Positions 10,571-19,772 of a stretch of DNA of 64,000 nucleotides are shown here, one piece after another (position 1 is the first letter of the stretch; every line of letters begins with the position of its first letter). Origin of the DNA: Gammaproteobacteria bacterium (GTDB lineage Bacteria > Pseudomonadota > Gammaproteobacteria > UBA5861). The notes under the pieces were generated by a model. That model saw only the letters and a list, made by a program, of their open reading frames with translations, was not told the origin of the DNA and did not search any database. Location of the stretch: positions 2,988 through 66,987 of the forward strand of contig JAKSCV010000075.1 of NCBI GenBank assembly GCA_022360445.1, given 5' to 3'. The translations under genes and the position numbers were made by a program.

Positions 10571-11278
10571 ATGGCTGACAAACCTAAATCCGCAGAAATG
10601 CACCCAGGCCCGGGATTCAGAATCCGTAGAAACATCGAACGGCCAACTCAAGAAATTATCCAAAAATTCAGAGAGTTTGAAACCCCCGATGTTTCTGACT
10701 TGATGAACCGGCTTTATACGATGTGTGCCGATATCCGCAACATGGTGAATTCATCACCTCTCGTTGGCCCTGCGTGTACAGTAAAAGTTTATCCCGGTGA
10801 TAACATGATGGTCCATAAAGCCTTGGATATCGCTCAACCCGGGGATATTGTCGTTGTTGACACCGGTGGGTCTTACACCAATGCCGTTTTGGGTGACTTA
10901 GTTGCTAACAAAGCCAAACACAGAGAAATTGCTGGCTTCGTCATCGACGGTCTGGTGCGTGACATACCTGGCTTGATGGAAGTGGGCATTCCCGTGTATG
11001 CGCGCGGCGCGACCCCAATTGGCCCTTTGCATAGAGGCCCCGGCGAACTGAACCACTCAATTTCATGTGGTGGCATTGTCGTCAACCCAGGTGACATCAT
11101 CACCGCCGACAGTAATGGCGTTGTCGTCGTAAGAAAAGACTTCTCTGAAGAACTCCTTGAGCGGCTCTATCAACAAAAAGCCTCACTGGAAGATTATATT
11201 GCTGATGTCAAAGCCGGTAATTTTTCAAACGCGTGGGTGGATAACTATCTAAAAAACGTGGGCTGTCTGGAAGACTAG
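10571..11278 (+). CDS. RraA-family protein (RraA-like / 4-hydroxy-4-methyl-2-oxoglutarate aldolase / oxaloacetate decarboxylase fold)
   Basis: The 235-aa ORF matches the RraA/DlpA-like pattern: PGDIVVVDTGG, NAVLGDLVANKAK, AGFVIDGLVRD and GGIVVNPGDIITADSNGVVVV. Confidence 0.75.
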   Translation: MADKPKSAEMHPGPGFRIRRNIERPTQEIIQKFREFETPDVSDLMNRLYTMCADIRNMVNSSPLVGPACTVKVYPGDNMMVHKALDIAQPGDIVVVDTGGSYTNAVLGDLVANKAKHREIAGFVIDGLVRDIPGLMEVGIPVYARGATPIGPLHRGPGELNHSISCGGIVVNPGDIITADSNGVVVVRKDFSEELLERLYQQKASLEDYIADVKAGNFSNAWVDNYLKNVGCLED

Positions 11279-11360
11279 TCATAGAAAGCATCCCCTCACT
11301 CTCAGGGATAGCCGATCAGTATTTTGAAATAAACTTATCACAAGGACGCCGAACCCCACG

Positions 11361-12530
11361 ATGCAAAAATCAACCCCTACGCCGGTTCTCATTTTAGGTG
11401 GTCAGGAAAATACCCTCTCCCTCACTCGCAGTTTTGGTAAACGTGGCATTCCCGTTTATGTCTCAAGTCGGCCCAGCTGTATGGCGAATGACTCACGCTA
11501 CGTGTCCAAAATCTACCCGATCACCTCTGGCATGTCTGCACAGGCGTTCTGGTCCGAACTTCTTTTGTCTGGCAAACACAGTGAACTCAAGAACACCATG
11601 ATCTTCGCCTGCAATGACGATGCTTTGGAGTTTATGGCAGAACATAAAGGGGACTTGGTTGCAACCGGCGACTACATTGTGGACGAATTTCAGCCTGAAC
11701 TACTTAAATCCATGCTAGACAAGCAACAGACACTTGAATATGCCACCTCCGTAGGCTGCTCCATTCCACAGTTCTGGAACGTCTCAGACATTTCCGATAT
11801 TGAAGCCATTGCCGAAAAGATTGTCTTTCCGGCCATGATCAAGCCGATACATTCACATAAATTCCAGCGCGTTTATCCCGGAAAGAAATACCTCCTCTTC
11901 AACGATCTTGATGCCCTTTTCAGTGGTGCAAAAACTGCGCTGGCTAATGGCATCGAATTTATGCTCTGCGAAATGATCCCAGGGTCTGATGAACAGCTTT
12001 CCAGCTACTACACCTATATCGACGCCCATGGAAACCATTTGTTTCACTTCACAAAACGCGTGATACGCCGCTTCCCGGTCAATCACGGTGGCGGGTCTTA
12101 CCACATCACCGAATGGCTTCCTGATACAGCAGCCGAAGGACGAAAGTTTTTTGATGGCATCAATTATTCAGGCTTAGGAAACATAGAATTTAAACGTGAC
12201 CTTCGCGATGGGAAGCTTAAAGTAATCGAATGTAACGCACGGTATACCGCAGCTCAGGAACTGGTCACCGCCAGCGGCTTGGACATGAGCTTTCTTATCT
12301 ACGAACATTTGCTGGGCCGTACCCGCCCTGAAACGAGAGACTTTAAAGACTTTGTTCGCCTCTGGCTGCCGAAACGGGATTATCATGCCTACAAGCAACT
12401 CAAGAGTTCCGGGCAGCTCACATCACTTCAGTGGTTAAAAAGCATCTGCCATCGTCAAACGTTTTCATGCTTTTCGCTAACGGACCCTATGCCAGCCCTT
12501 CAACAAACAATGAAGTGGTTCAAACGTTAA
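11361..12530 (+). CDS. ATP-grasp carboxylate-amine ligase with an N-terminal pre-ATP-grasp domain (carbamoyl-phosphate-synthetase-L-chain-like)
   Basis: The 389-aa ORF has an N-terminal Rossmann-like VLILGGQENTLSLTRSFGKRGIPVYV and an ATP-grasp core (IVFPAMIKPIHSHKF.., GNIEFKRDLRDGKLKVIECNARY). A hairpin-T-run terminator follows it. Confidence 0.65.
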   Translation: MQKSTPTPVLILGGQENTLSLTRSFGKRGIPVYVSSRPSCMANDSRYVSKIYPITSGMSAQAFWSELLLSGKHSELKNTMIFACNDDALEFMAEHKGDLVATGDYIVDEFQPELLKSMLDKQQTLEYATSVGCSIPQFWNVSDISDIEAIAEKIVFPAMIKPIHSHKFQRVYPGKKYLLFNDLDALFSGAKTALANGIEFMLCEMIPGSDEQLSSYYTYIDAHGNHLFHFTKRVIRRFPVNHGGGSYHITEWLPDTAAEGRKFFDGINYSGLGNIEFKRDLRDGKLKVIECNARYTAAQELVTASGLDMSFLIYEHLLGRTRPETRDFKDFVRLWLPKRDYHAYKQLKSSGQLTSLQWLKSICHRQTFSCFSLTDPMPALQQTMKWFKR

Positions 12531-12540
12531 CAACAGCGAC

Positions 12541-12590
12541 CCGTGAGTGGCGCAACACACGATTAACCCACTCAGGTATTATTTTAAATA
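12541..12590 (+). terminator. Candidate rho-independent terminator after the first ATP-grasp gene
   Basis: The stem TGAGTGG (12544-12550) pairs with CCACTCA (12567-12573) and is followed by GGTATTATTTT. Confidence 0.4.
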
Positions 12591-12655
12591 AGTAGTTAAT
12601 TAAATAGAAACGTCACGCAACCGCTTACAACTATAACATTTGGAGTTCTTTACCT

Positions 12656-13789
12656 ATGCTTTCCAGTCGACTCAGAAACATCAACCTCAAACTGCAGCGG
12701 CGAAGCAAACAAGTGATGACTTTATTGAATCCCGAGATACGCGAAAATCTCCAAAAATTTCAAAGTCACCGAAGCACGTTTTACCAGGCCTACTGGCTTA
12801 AAGTCGCAAAAAATATTGGTGCCGAAATTGACAACCTTGGCGATGGTTATTTCCGCCTGTGTAAGAATTCGGTTGTAACCTATGTCCGCGGTGAGTTTGT
12901 CATGCTAGACAACCACTTGGTTTTAAAGCTCTCAGGCAATAAACCCATCATTCATAAAATGCTGACAGGGCTAAATATCCCCGTGCCCCGCTATTGCACT
13001 TATGACCTGCAATCCATGTCCCGTGCGCAGAACATGATTGATGAGCTGGGCGGTGAATTCGTTGTCAAGCCTGCAGCAGAAACCGGCGGCGGTAAAGGCG
13101 TTACAACAAGCATTTCTAATATGAAAATGCTTGGCAAAGCCTCTTTGCAAGCCTCTGTTTTTTCCAGAAATTTAATGATTGAAGAGCAAGTTCCGGGAGA
13201 CTCCTACCGACTGCTTTACCTGAATGGCGAATTGCTTGACGTCATACGTCGCGACCCACCCATTGTCACCGGCGATGGAAAAAGTTCAATCAAACAATTA
13301 ATGAAAAAAGAAACACAAAAACGGGTACACAGCATGCCACTGATTGCACTACACCCGTTAGACCCGGATCTGGAGTGCCAGTTTACTTTAGCCAAACAAG
13401 GGCTATCCCTTTCCAGCACCCCAAAAAAAGGGGAAGTGGTTACAGTCAAACATGCGCCGAACCAAAACTCCTGCTACGAAAATCACATCGTTAAGGACCA
13501 AATTCACCCTTCGATTGTCCGGCTAGGTAGAGACCTGGCATCCATGTTTGGTATTGAGTTGGCAGGCGTCGACTTGATCACACCCGATATCAGCGTGCCA
13601 CTCTCGGAAAGTAAAGGGGTGATCAATGAAATCAATTCAACGCCCGGCTTACACCACCACTACCTTGTGGCTAAAAAAGATAAACGCGCACGAATTGGCG
13701 AAGTCATACTCAACAAAATTTTCGACTCGCAGCAAAAAGTTAATGGGCAGTCCATTTTCAGCAAAAAAAGCCCATCTATTTCGCTCTAA
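12656..13789 (+). CDS. ATP-grasp ligase of the RimK / cyanophycin-synthetase-like branch
   Basis: The 377-aa ORF carries a P-loop-like FVVKPAAETGGGKGVT, ELAGVDLI and a C-terminal EINSTPGLHHH resembling the RimK/CphA EVNxxPG motif. Its start has a GGAG SD. Confidence 0.65.
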   Translation: MLSSRLRNINLKLQRRSKQVMTLLNPEIRENLQKFQSHRSTFYQAYWLKVAKNIGAEIDNLGDGYFRLCKNSVVTYVRGEFVMLDNHLVLKLSGNKPIIHKMLTGLNIPVPRYCTYDLQSMSRAQNMIDELGGEFVVKPAAETGGGKGVTTSISNMKMLGKASLQASVFSRNLMIEEQVPGDSYRLLYLNGELLDVIRRDPPIVTGDGKSSIKQLMKKETQKRVHSMPLIALHPLDPDLECQFTLAKQGLSLSSTPKKGEVVTVKHAPNQNSCYENHIVKDQIHPSIVRLGRDLASMFGIELAGVDLITPDISVPLSESKGVINEINSTPGLHHHYLVAKKDKRARIGEVILNKIFDSQQKVNGQSIFSKKSPSISL

Positions 13790-13861
13790 TGTAGGCATGG
13801 AAGAAAGTCCCACAGAGCTATTAGGGCTCTGGTTATCCGAGAATAAGGGTGACAAATTCTG

Positions 13862-14400
13862 CTGAACGTGCTCACAGAGCTCCAGAATCGCGACGTGAAA
13901 GACATTCTGATTGCTTGCGTTGATGGGCCTTAAGGGCTTCCTCGGCGCCATCAGCGCGGCCTTCCCGGACACCCGGAAGCTCTGCATCGTTCACATGGTG
14001 CGAAATCCAGTGAAGTACATGCCCTGGAAAGACTACCAACCGGACACCGAGGATGAAGCGCTGCTCCCGCTCGATGAATTTTCCGAACGCTGGGATGGCG
14101 AATACCTGCAGATCAGCAAATCATGGCGCTCGCACTGGCATAACCTCACCACGCTGTTCAGCTACCCGGAGGATATCCGCAAGGCGATCTACACGACAAA
14201 CGCCATTGAGTCGCTCAACAACGTCATTCACAAGGCCGTCAAAAAACGGCAGCTGTTTCCAACGGACGATTCCGCGATGAAAGTGATCTACCTGTCGACC
14301 TGGGAGGCGTCGAAAAAATGGACTACCCGATCCGCCACTGGAGGCCTTTACACAGAACTATTTACAGGGTCTAATCAAGCTAGGGAAGGTCACATAATCG
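13862..14400 (+). pseudogene. IS256-family (Mutator-type) transposase remnant, 3' two-thirds only, with an internal frameshift
   Basis: The translation ..LLNVLTELQNRDVKDILIACVDG then, in another frame, LKGFLGAISAAFPDTRKLCIVHMVRN...IYTTNAIESLNNVIHKAVKKRQLFPTDDSAMKVIYL matches the IS256 transposase C-terminal region. There is no N-terminal part and no intact ORF. Confidence 0.75.
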
Positions 14401-14902
14401 ACGAGCTTTCCTTCTGCGACAAAACACCAAGATCTTTATCCACAAAAAAGAGGGATTTCCCTTCTTCCCCCACAAGATCTAATTTATCCAAAATACCTTT
14501 AAATAGCTTTTCTTCTTCATGTTGCTCTGCCACATACCACTGTAAAAAATGGAAAGTAGAGTAGTCTTGAGAAGTAAACGCTACATGTGCTAACTCATTT
14601 ATTTTTTTGGTAATAAATTGTTCATGCTCATACGTTGTTCGAAACACTTCACCCAAACTTTCAAAGTCCGTTCTAGGCGCTTCAATAGTGCCCAAAACAG
14701 GCATCGCACCTGTTTCACTGACGTACGTAAAGAGACGCTGCATGTGTCCCATTTCTTCAACTGCGTGGTCACGCAAAAATGCAGCCGCGCCTTCAAAACC
14801 TTTACTTTCACACCACGCACTCATTTGTAGATATAAGTTCGAAGAATAGAACTCAAGGTTTATTTGTTCATTTAGCTTATCAACCATGGTTTGAGATAGC
14901 AT
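14390..14902 (-). CDS. ftnA: Non-haem ferritin (FtnA-like)
   Basis: The 170-aa ORF ([58 protein letters not shown]...[16 protein letters not shown]) is near-colinear with E. coli FtnA, including the ferroxidase-centre residues. Confidence 0.9.
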   Translation of the reverse strand: MLSQTMVDKLNEQINLEFYSSNLYLQMSAWCESKGFEGAAAFLRDHAVEEMGHMQRLFTYVSETGAMPVLGTIEAPRTDFESLGEVFRTTYEHEQFITKKINELAHVAFTSQDYSTFHFLQWYVAEQHEEEKLFKGILDKLDLVGEEGKSLFFVDKDLGVLSQKESSSIM

Positions 14903-15164
14903 GGGATACTCCTATAAGTAATCAATTAATTCCCTTTCGAATCAATGTTTATTTAGGCTTTATTACCTCTCGCGGCGACTCTTTCATTAAAATAAATAGC
15001 ATATCAATGCTTTTTACTTTCAATTTCTATTAAGGAGAATAGCCGCAATACCCATGGCTATCAAGGCTGAACTGGAGGCTGCATATGCCTGAAATAACCG
15101 TCTATCAGTTTCAATCGAGTCTGATGAGATGGAACGTTAATTCAAATCCAAAAGGAGCATATCC

Positions 15165-15344
15165 ATGAACAAGACTAATACGATTGGAGTTGATCTGGCA
15201 AAGAATGTTTTTCATCTGCGCATTCAGGATGGCGATTCAGCCTACTTCAAGTACCCATCGGACATCCGTCGGGTAACCTACACAACGAATTCCATTGAGG
15301 CTATTCAATATTTTCGGTTTCCCATACTCGCTTATTCTTCATAA
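15165..15344 (+). pseudogene. Chimeric IS debris: an IS110-family transposase N-terminal fragment fused in frame to an IS256-like C-terminal fragment
   Basis: A good SD (AAGGAG) precedes the ATG at 15165. MNKTNTIGVDLAKNVFHL is the IS110-family N-terminal hallmark, and ..DIRRVTYTTNSIEAIQYF is the IS256 IYTTNAIESLN motif. The ORF stops after 59 codons. Confidence 0.6.
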
Positions 15345-15724
15345 CCAGCTCAGTGCATTGTAGGGTTTTAGCAAATCCGACCAAGCAATAACATTCAGAT
15401 CGAAATACTATCGTATTTAATGCCTCACTAAGACAAAGAGCCGCTATCAAACGGGGCATTTTATGAAGATTGGCACATAATACCCCCAAATAAACATTCG
15501 CATCCAAGAACGTCTTCTTGGTGGTCCTCCACTGGCGAAACAGTGGTCATGGTTAAACGGTGGCCAGTTTACGGTATCCAAACAGCGGACAGTTGGTGCA
15601 TGGTTCAGTCCAGATGGAGAGGCACTTCTCCAAGCTCTGGTCGATGGGGTTTGGGGCAGCGCGGAATGCTCCCCAATAGTGATTGAACGACCACACGTTC
15701 ACTGGTTCATGGCTGGCTCGATGC

Positions 15725-15940
15725 CGAGGGCAGGAAGCGGTGATCTACGCACAGGTGACAATTAACCGGGATGGTACGGTGACAGCTCATCAGCTGACAA
15801 AAGCCAGCTCACACAAAGCGTTGAACCGTAAAGAGATGACGTTGATCAATCGCGCTCAACCTCTACCGCCGCCGCCCAAAGAGGTTGGTGGTGAAACAAT
15901 AGCATTCACGTTGCCCGTCTCATTTTCGCTGAAACGTTGA
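15725..15940 (+). pseudogene. Orphan duplicate of the tonB 3' end (TonB C-terminal domain fragment)
   Basis: The translation RGQEAVIYAQVTINRDGTVTAHQLTKASSHKALNRKEMTLINRAQPLPPPPKEVGGETIAFTLPVSFSLKR is about 85% identical to the C-terminus of the intact tonB at 32028-32762. The nucleotide sequence is also clearly alignable. It has no TM or proline-rich part and no plausible start. Confidence 0.8.
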
Positions 15941-16280
15941 TACCTTGTATCTTGCGCCTTGGAATCAATCTGTAGGAACCTCTGATTAACTCCGTACCGT
16001 TTCCGCACGACCTGTTCGCCGCGGCCCTTAGGGGTTTCAATGGATGTGGCGCAAGTAACCTGCTGAAGTTTGCTGGTGTTCACTCGCAGCGATGCGTGAA
16101 CTCGTTCATATCACCTACTGAGTGCTGAAACACAAACAGCCATTTCGGATTGATTATGCTTGGCAGCCAAGACGGTATCTGACTCGCATTTATTACACAA
16201 ACAATTTTGAAGGGGCATGCAATAGCTGGCGGTACTCCATGTATGGGTTTGGGGATAAATTACTGTTCTTATCTTGCCGT

Positions 16281-16979
16281 TTAGTTGTTTTGTCTGGTTG
16301 TGCAGCATTTGGTGTGTCTTATATCTGCAAGTCTGCCTTTCTCCATCACGCCGACGGTTCCCGCCAGTTGATCGGCTTCTGTCTGACTATGGGTAACCAT
16401 AAGTGTAGTAATTTCCTGTACTTTTAATATGTCACGCACCTCCCGCGCCAGGGTGGTGCGCAACTCGCTATCGAGACTGGAAAAGGGTTCATCCATCAAT
16501 AGCAGTCGCGGGTGTCGCGCCAAAGCGCGGGCCAGCCCGATGCGCTGTTGTTGGCCACCGGAAAGTTTGTGCGGGTAGCGCCGCCCCGAATCGGGGAGGC
16601 CAACCAGATCCAGCAGCATTTGAATGCGCTGTTGTTGTATTTTGCGGGGCAAGCCCACAATGCCGAAGCGAATATTGTCGGCAACATTGAGGTGTGGGAA
16701 AAGCGCAAGATCCTGAAACATCATTCCGATTGCCCGTCGCTCGGGTGGCACTGTGTAACCGGCACGGCTCAGCACTTCACCCGCCAGTGAAATGGAGCCC
16801 GTTTGCAGCGGTTCAAATCCTGCAATGGCTCGCAACAGCGTGGTTTTTCCACAACCACTGGGACCCAACAACGCGGCCAGTTCACCAACAGGCAAGGATA
16901 AACTGAGGTCGCTTACCACGACATCGTCGCCGTAGGCGATGGTCACCGAGTCGATGTTTAAAAATGTGGTATCAGTCAT
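16281..16979 (-). CDS. fbpC: Fe(3+) ABC transporter ATP-binding protein FbpC, apparently lacking the usual C-terminal TOBE/MOP domain (possibly 3'-truncated)
   Basis: The 232-aa ORF has Walker A GPSGCGKTT, signature LSGGQQQRIGLARAL and Walker B LLLMDEPFSSLD. The ORF ends in an atypical tail directly abutting the IS-debris region, whereas FbpC is usually about 340-350 aa. Confidence 0.75.
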   Translation of the reverse strand: MTDTTFLNIDSVTIAYGDDVVVSDLSLSLPVGELAALLGPSGCGKTTLLRAIAGFEPLQTGSISLAGEVLSRAGYTVPPERRAIGMMFQDLALFPHLNVADNIRFGIVGLPRKIQQQRIQMLLDLVGLPDSGRRYPHKLSGGQQQRIGLARALARHPRLLLMDEPFSSLDSELRTTLAREVRDILKVQEITTLMVTHSQTEADQLAGTVGVMEKGRLADIRHTKCCTTRQNN

Positions 16980-18522
16980 GAGGTGTCCTTACTTGTCATC
17001 CGGCTGATCAATATGACCGGCAAAAGTCCTGTAACGACGATTGACAGGGCTGGCAGCCCGGCATCGGCCAGACGTTCGTCGGATGCCATTTCAAAGGCAC
17101 GCACAGCGAGGGTGTTGAAATTAAATAGCCGCAGTATCAGGGTTGCAGGCAACTCCTTGAGCACATCGACGAATACTAGTAACAGTGCGGTCAACAGACT
17201 GCCGCGCAATAGCGGTAAGTGTACTCGCCGCAACACGCCCGAAGGTGACTGTCCCAGCGAGCGCGCTGCATCATCCATAGATGGTGTAATTCTGCCCAGG
17301 CCATTTTCCACAGAATGGAGGGAAATCGCCAGAAAACGCACGGCATACGCAAAAAGCAGAACAAATACCGTACCACTCAACATTAAACCCGTAGAGTAGT
17401 CGAATTGCGCGCGCATGATGGCATCCAGCCGGTTGTCGATCCAGGCAAACGGCAACATCACACCCACAGCGATCACCACACCGGGAATTGCATAGCCCAA
17501 CACAGCGATCTGTGCCGATGTACGTACCAGCATATCCGGCCGAAGACGCTGCGCATATCCGATGATCAGCGCCAGTAACAACGCAAGCAATGCGGCGCCT
17601 GCAGCCAGGGACAGGCTCCGCATTACCAGAAAAAGAAAATCGGTGTTAAACGACTCTTCCGCCGTAACCACACTCCAATAGGCCAGCTGGAGGGTCGGCA
17701 AAATAAACCCCAACAGGATTGGCATAAGGCAGAGAAAACATGCGATCCATTTTTTTACGCCACCCAAGGTGAGCAGCGGACTCTTTATAGCGCGCCTGCC
17801 GCTATGGAAGTGCTGTGCCTTACGCCGCGACCATCGCTCCAGCAGGATAAGCGTGACAACAATCATCAACAGGATGGCTGAAAGCTGCATCGCCACCAGT
17901 TCCTCGCCCATTCCGAACCAGACACGAAACACGCCGGTGGTGAAAGTCGCAACGCCGAAATACTGCACAGTACCGTAATCTGCGACAGTTTCCATCAGCG
18001 CCAGTGACAAGCCGGTGATGATCGCCGGTCGGGCAAGTGGAAACGCGACGCTTCGGAATCGCCGCCAGGCACTGGCCCCCAGGGAGCGTGCGGCCTCATC
18101 CACAACCGGAGGTTGCTCGACAAAAGCGACCCGCGCAAGCATGTAAACGTAAGGGTAGAGCACGAGCGAAAACATCACCGCCGCACCGCCCAGGGAACGG
18201 ATCTCCGGAAACCAGTAGTCGCCATGTTGCCAATTGAACAATTCCCGCAGTGCGGTCTGCAAAGGGCCGGCATAGTCTAACGCGCCAACAGCCACGCTGT
18301 GGTGACGCCGATGGACAGCACGCCGACAGACACCCCCGCAACCAGCCAGAACGTGCTAGAGATATAGTCCGGCAGTACCGTCTCGCTGAGATGCGTCCAG
18401 GCATCGCCAAAAGGGGACAACAAACTTGCCAGGACGACCGTTATCGGCAGGGAAAACAGTAAGGTGATCGCTGTTGCCGATAATGTCCAAGGGTTCATAT
18501 TTGCTGTTGGGCGGGTGATCAT
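16976..18522 (-). pseudogene. fbpB: Fe(3+) ABC transporter permease FbpB, split into two overlapping ORFs (18522-18277 for the N-terminal two TM helices, 18295-16976 for the rest). This implies a frameshift or a sequencing error.
   Basis: The N-terminal piece MITRPTANMNPWTLSATAITLLFSLP..WTHLSETVLPDYISSTFWLVAGVSVGVLSIGVTTAWLLAR ends at a TAG. The remaining 439 aa continue in the -1 frame from a GTG. The EAA motif (DEAARSLGASAWRRFRSVAFPLARPA) sits only about 65 aa into the second piece, so the first piece supplies the missing TM helices. Confidence 0.7.
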
Positions 18523-18674
18523 TAACCGCAGATTATACAGATGGCCGTAGATAGAACAGAGCCCTCAGCCCGTGTGGCGTACCTTCTCTTCCTGCAACAT
18601 TGGGGACGCAGCACATCCCTTAATGGGTTTCCACCTGGCACTTGGAAACCCGGTTTTGAGACTGATTGGGTGGA

Positions 18675-19703
18675 CTATTTCCACCCCGCCCTGTCCATGA
18701 CTTTTACAGCTATGGGATTGTTCTCGCCAAGCTCCGTCAGGTTAAGCTGGTCCGCCTTGAACTCACCCCATTGCCTCAGCAGCCTGCTGGGTTTAACGTC
18801 CGCGTGAACCGGATATTCAAAGTTAACCCTGGCATACCATCCCTGCGCTTCCGGGCTGACCAGGTATTCCAATAATTTAACAGCGTTATCGCGGTTTTGC
18901 GAGGCAGCAACCACTCCGGCGCCGCTGACGTTGACATGCGCACCGCGATCATCCTGGTTAGGCCAGAATATCTCCACCCTTTTTGCCGCCCTGCGCTGAT
19001 CCTTATCTTTTCCCTTGAGCATTTTCCCGAGGTAATAAGTATTGGCCACGGCAATATCGCACTGTCCCGCCGCCACTGCCTTGATCTGGTCACGGTCGCC
19101 GCCCTTCGGAGAGCGCGCCATGTTGGCCACCAGTCCTTCGGCCCACTGTTCGGTTTTCTCTTCGCCATTTGCAACGATCATAGAGGCAACCAGCGACTGA
19201 TTGTAGATATTGCTGGAGCTGCGAATGCAGATTCGGCCTTTCCATTTCGGGTCGGCGAGATCTTCGTAGCTCGACAGGTTTTCTTTCTTGACTCGGCCGC
19301 GGCCCTTGGCATACATGATGGGTCGCGAACGTAAAGACAGGCCATACCATTGGCCGTCACGGTCACGTAAATTTTCCGGTATGGCCTGATTTAGTTTACT
19401 GCTGTTAATTGTTGACAATAGCTGCATTTTTTTTGCGCGGTCCAGTCGCCCGGCATCGACAGTGATCAGTACATCGGCGTGTGTATTGGGACCTTCCGTC
19501 TCCAGACGCTTGAGCAGTGCGTCGGCTTTCCCCGTCAGCAGGTTGACCTTGATGCCCGTTGCTTCTGTGAACTCATCCAGCAATGGTTTGATCAATTTTT
19601 CCTTGCGGGCCGAATAAACATTAACTTCCTCCTGGGCAAAAACCGGAAGAGCGGTTGAAAATGCTATCAGGACTGAAAAAAGGATAAAACTGATTTGCTT
19701 CAT
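18675..19703 (-). CDS. fbpA: Fe(3+) ABC transporter periplasmic binding protein FbpA/AfuA
   Basis: The 342-aa ORF has a signal peptide and the FbpA fold pattern (VNVYSARKEKLIKPLLDEFTEATGIKV...). It is the first gene of the fbpABC order. Confidence 0.9.
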   Translation of the reverse strand: MKQISFILFSVLIAFSTALPVFAQEEVNVYSARKEKLIKPLLDEFTEATGIKVNLLTGKADALLKRLETEGPNTHADVLITVDAGRLDRAKKMQLLSTINSSKLNQAIPENLRDRDGQWYGLSLRSRPIMYAKGRGRVKKENLSSYEDLADPKWKGRICIRSSSNIYNQSLVASMIVANGEEKTEQWAEGLVANMARSPKGGDRDQIKAVAAGQCDIAVANTYYLGKMLKGKDKDQRRAAKRVEIFWPNQDDRGAHVNVSGAGVVAASQNRDNAVKLLEYLVSPEAQGWYARVNFEYPVHADVKPSRLLRQWGEFKADQLNLTELGENNPIAVKVMDRAGWK

Positions 19704-19718
19704 TTGATGTCACCTTGG

Positions 19719-19750
19719 GTAAAAAAACCGGCGCACTAGGCGCCGGTTGT
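19719..19750 (-). terminator. Rho-independent terminator for the upstream lipoprotein gene, positioned about 20 nt ahead of the fbpA start codon
   Basis: On the minus strand, AACCGGCGC-CTAGT-GCGCCGGTT is followed by TTTTTTT: a perfect 9-bp GC-rich stem plus U-run. Confidence 0.6.
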
Positions 19751-19772
19751 TACTTCTCAAGTATGAGGATTA

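Noticed and set aside
15856-16083. 75-aa minus-strand ORF (MNTSKLQQVTCATSIETPKGRGEQVVRKRYGV...) next to the MITE-like motif
   Set aside because: It could be a transposase N-terminal fragment, but no family hallmark could be recognised from sequence alone, so it is not called as a feature.
16122-16427. 101-aa plus-strand ORF overlapping the 3' end of fbpC
   Set aside because: It is antisense to fbpC and runs through junk sequence next to IS debris, with no homology signal.
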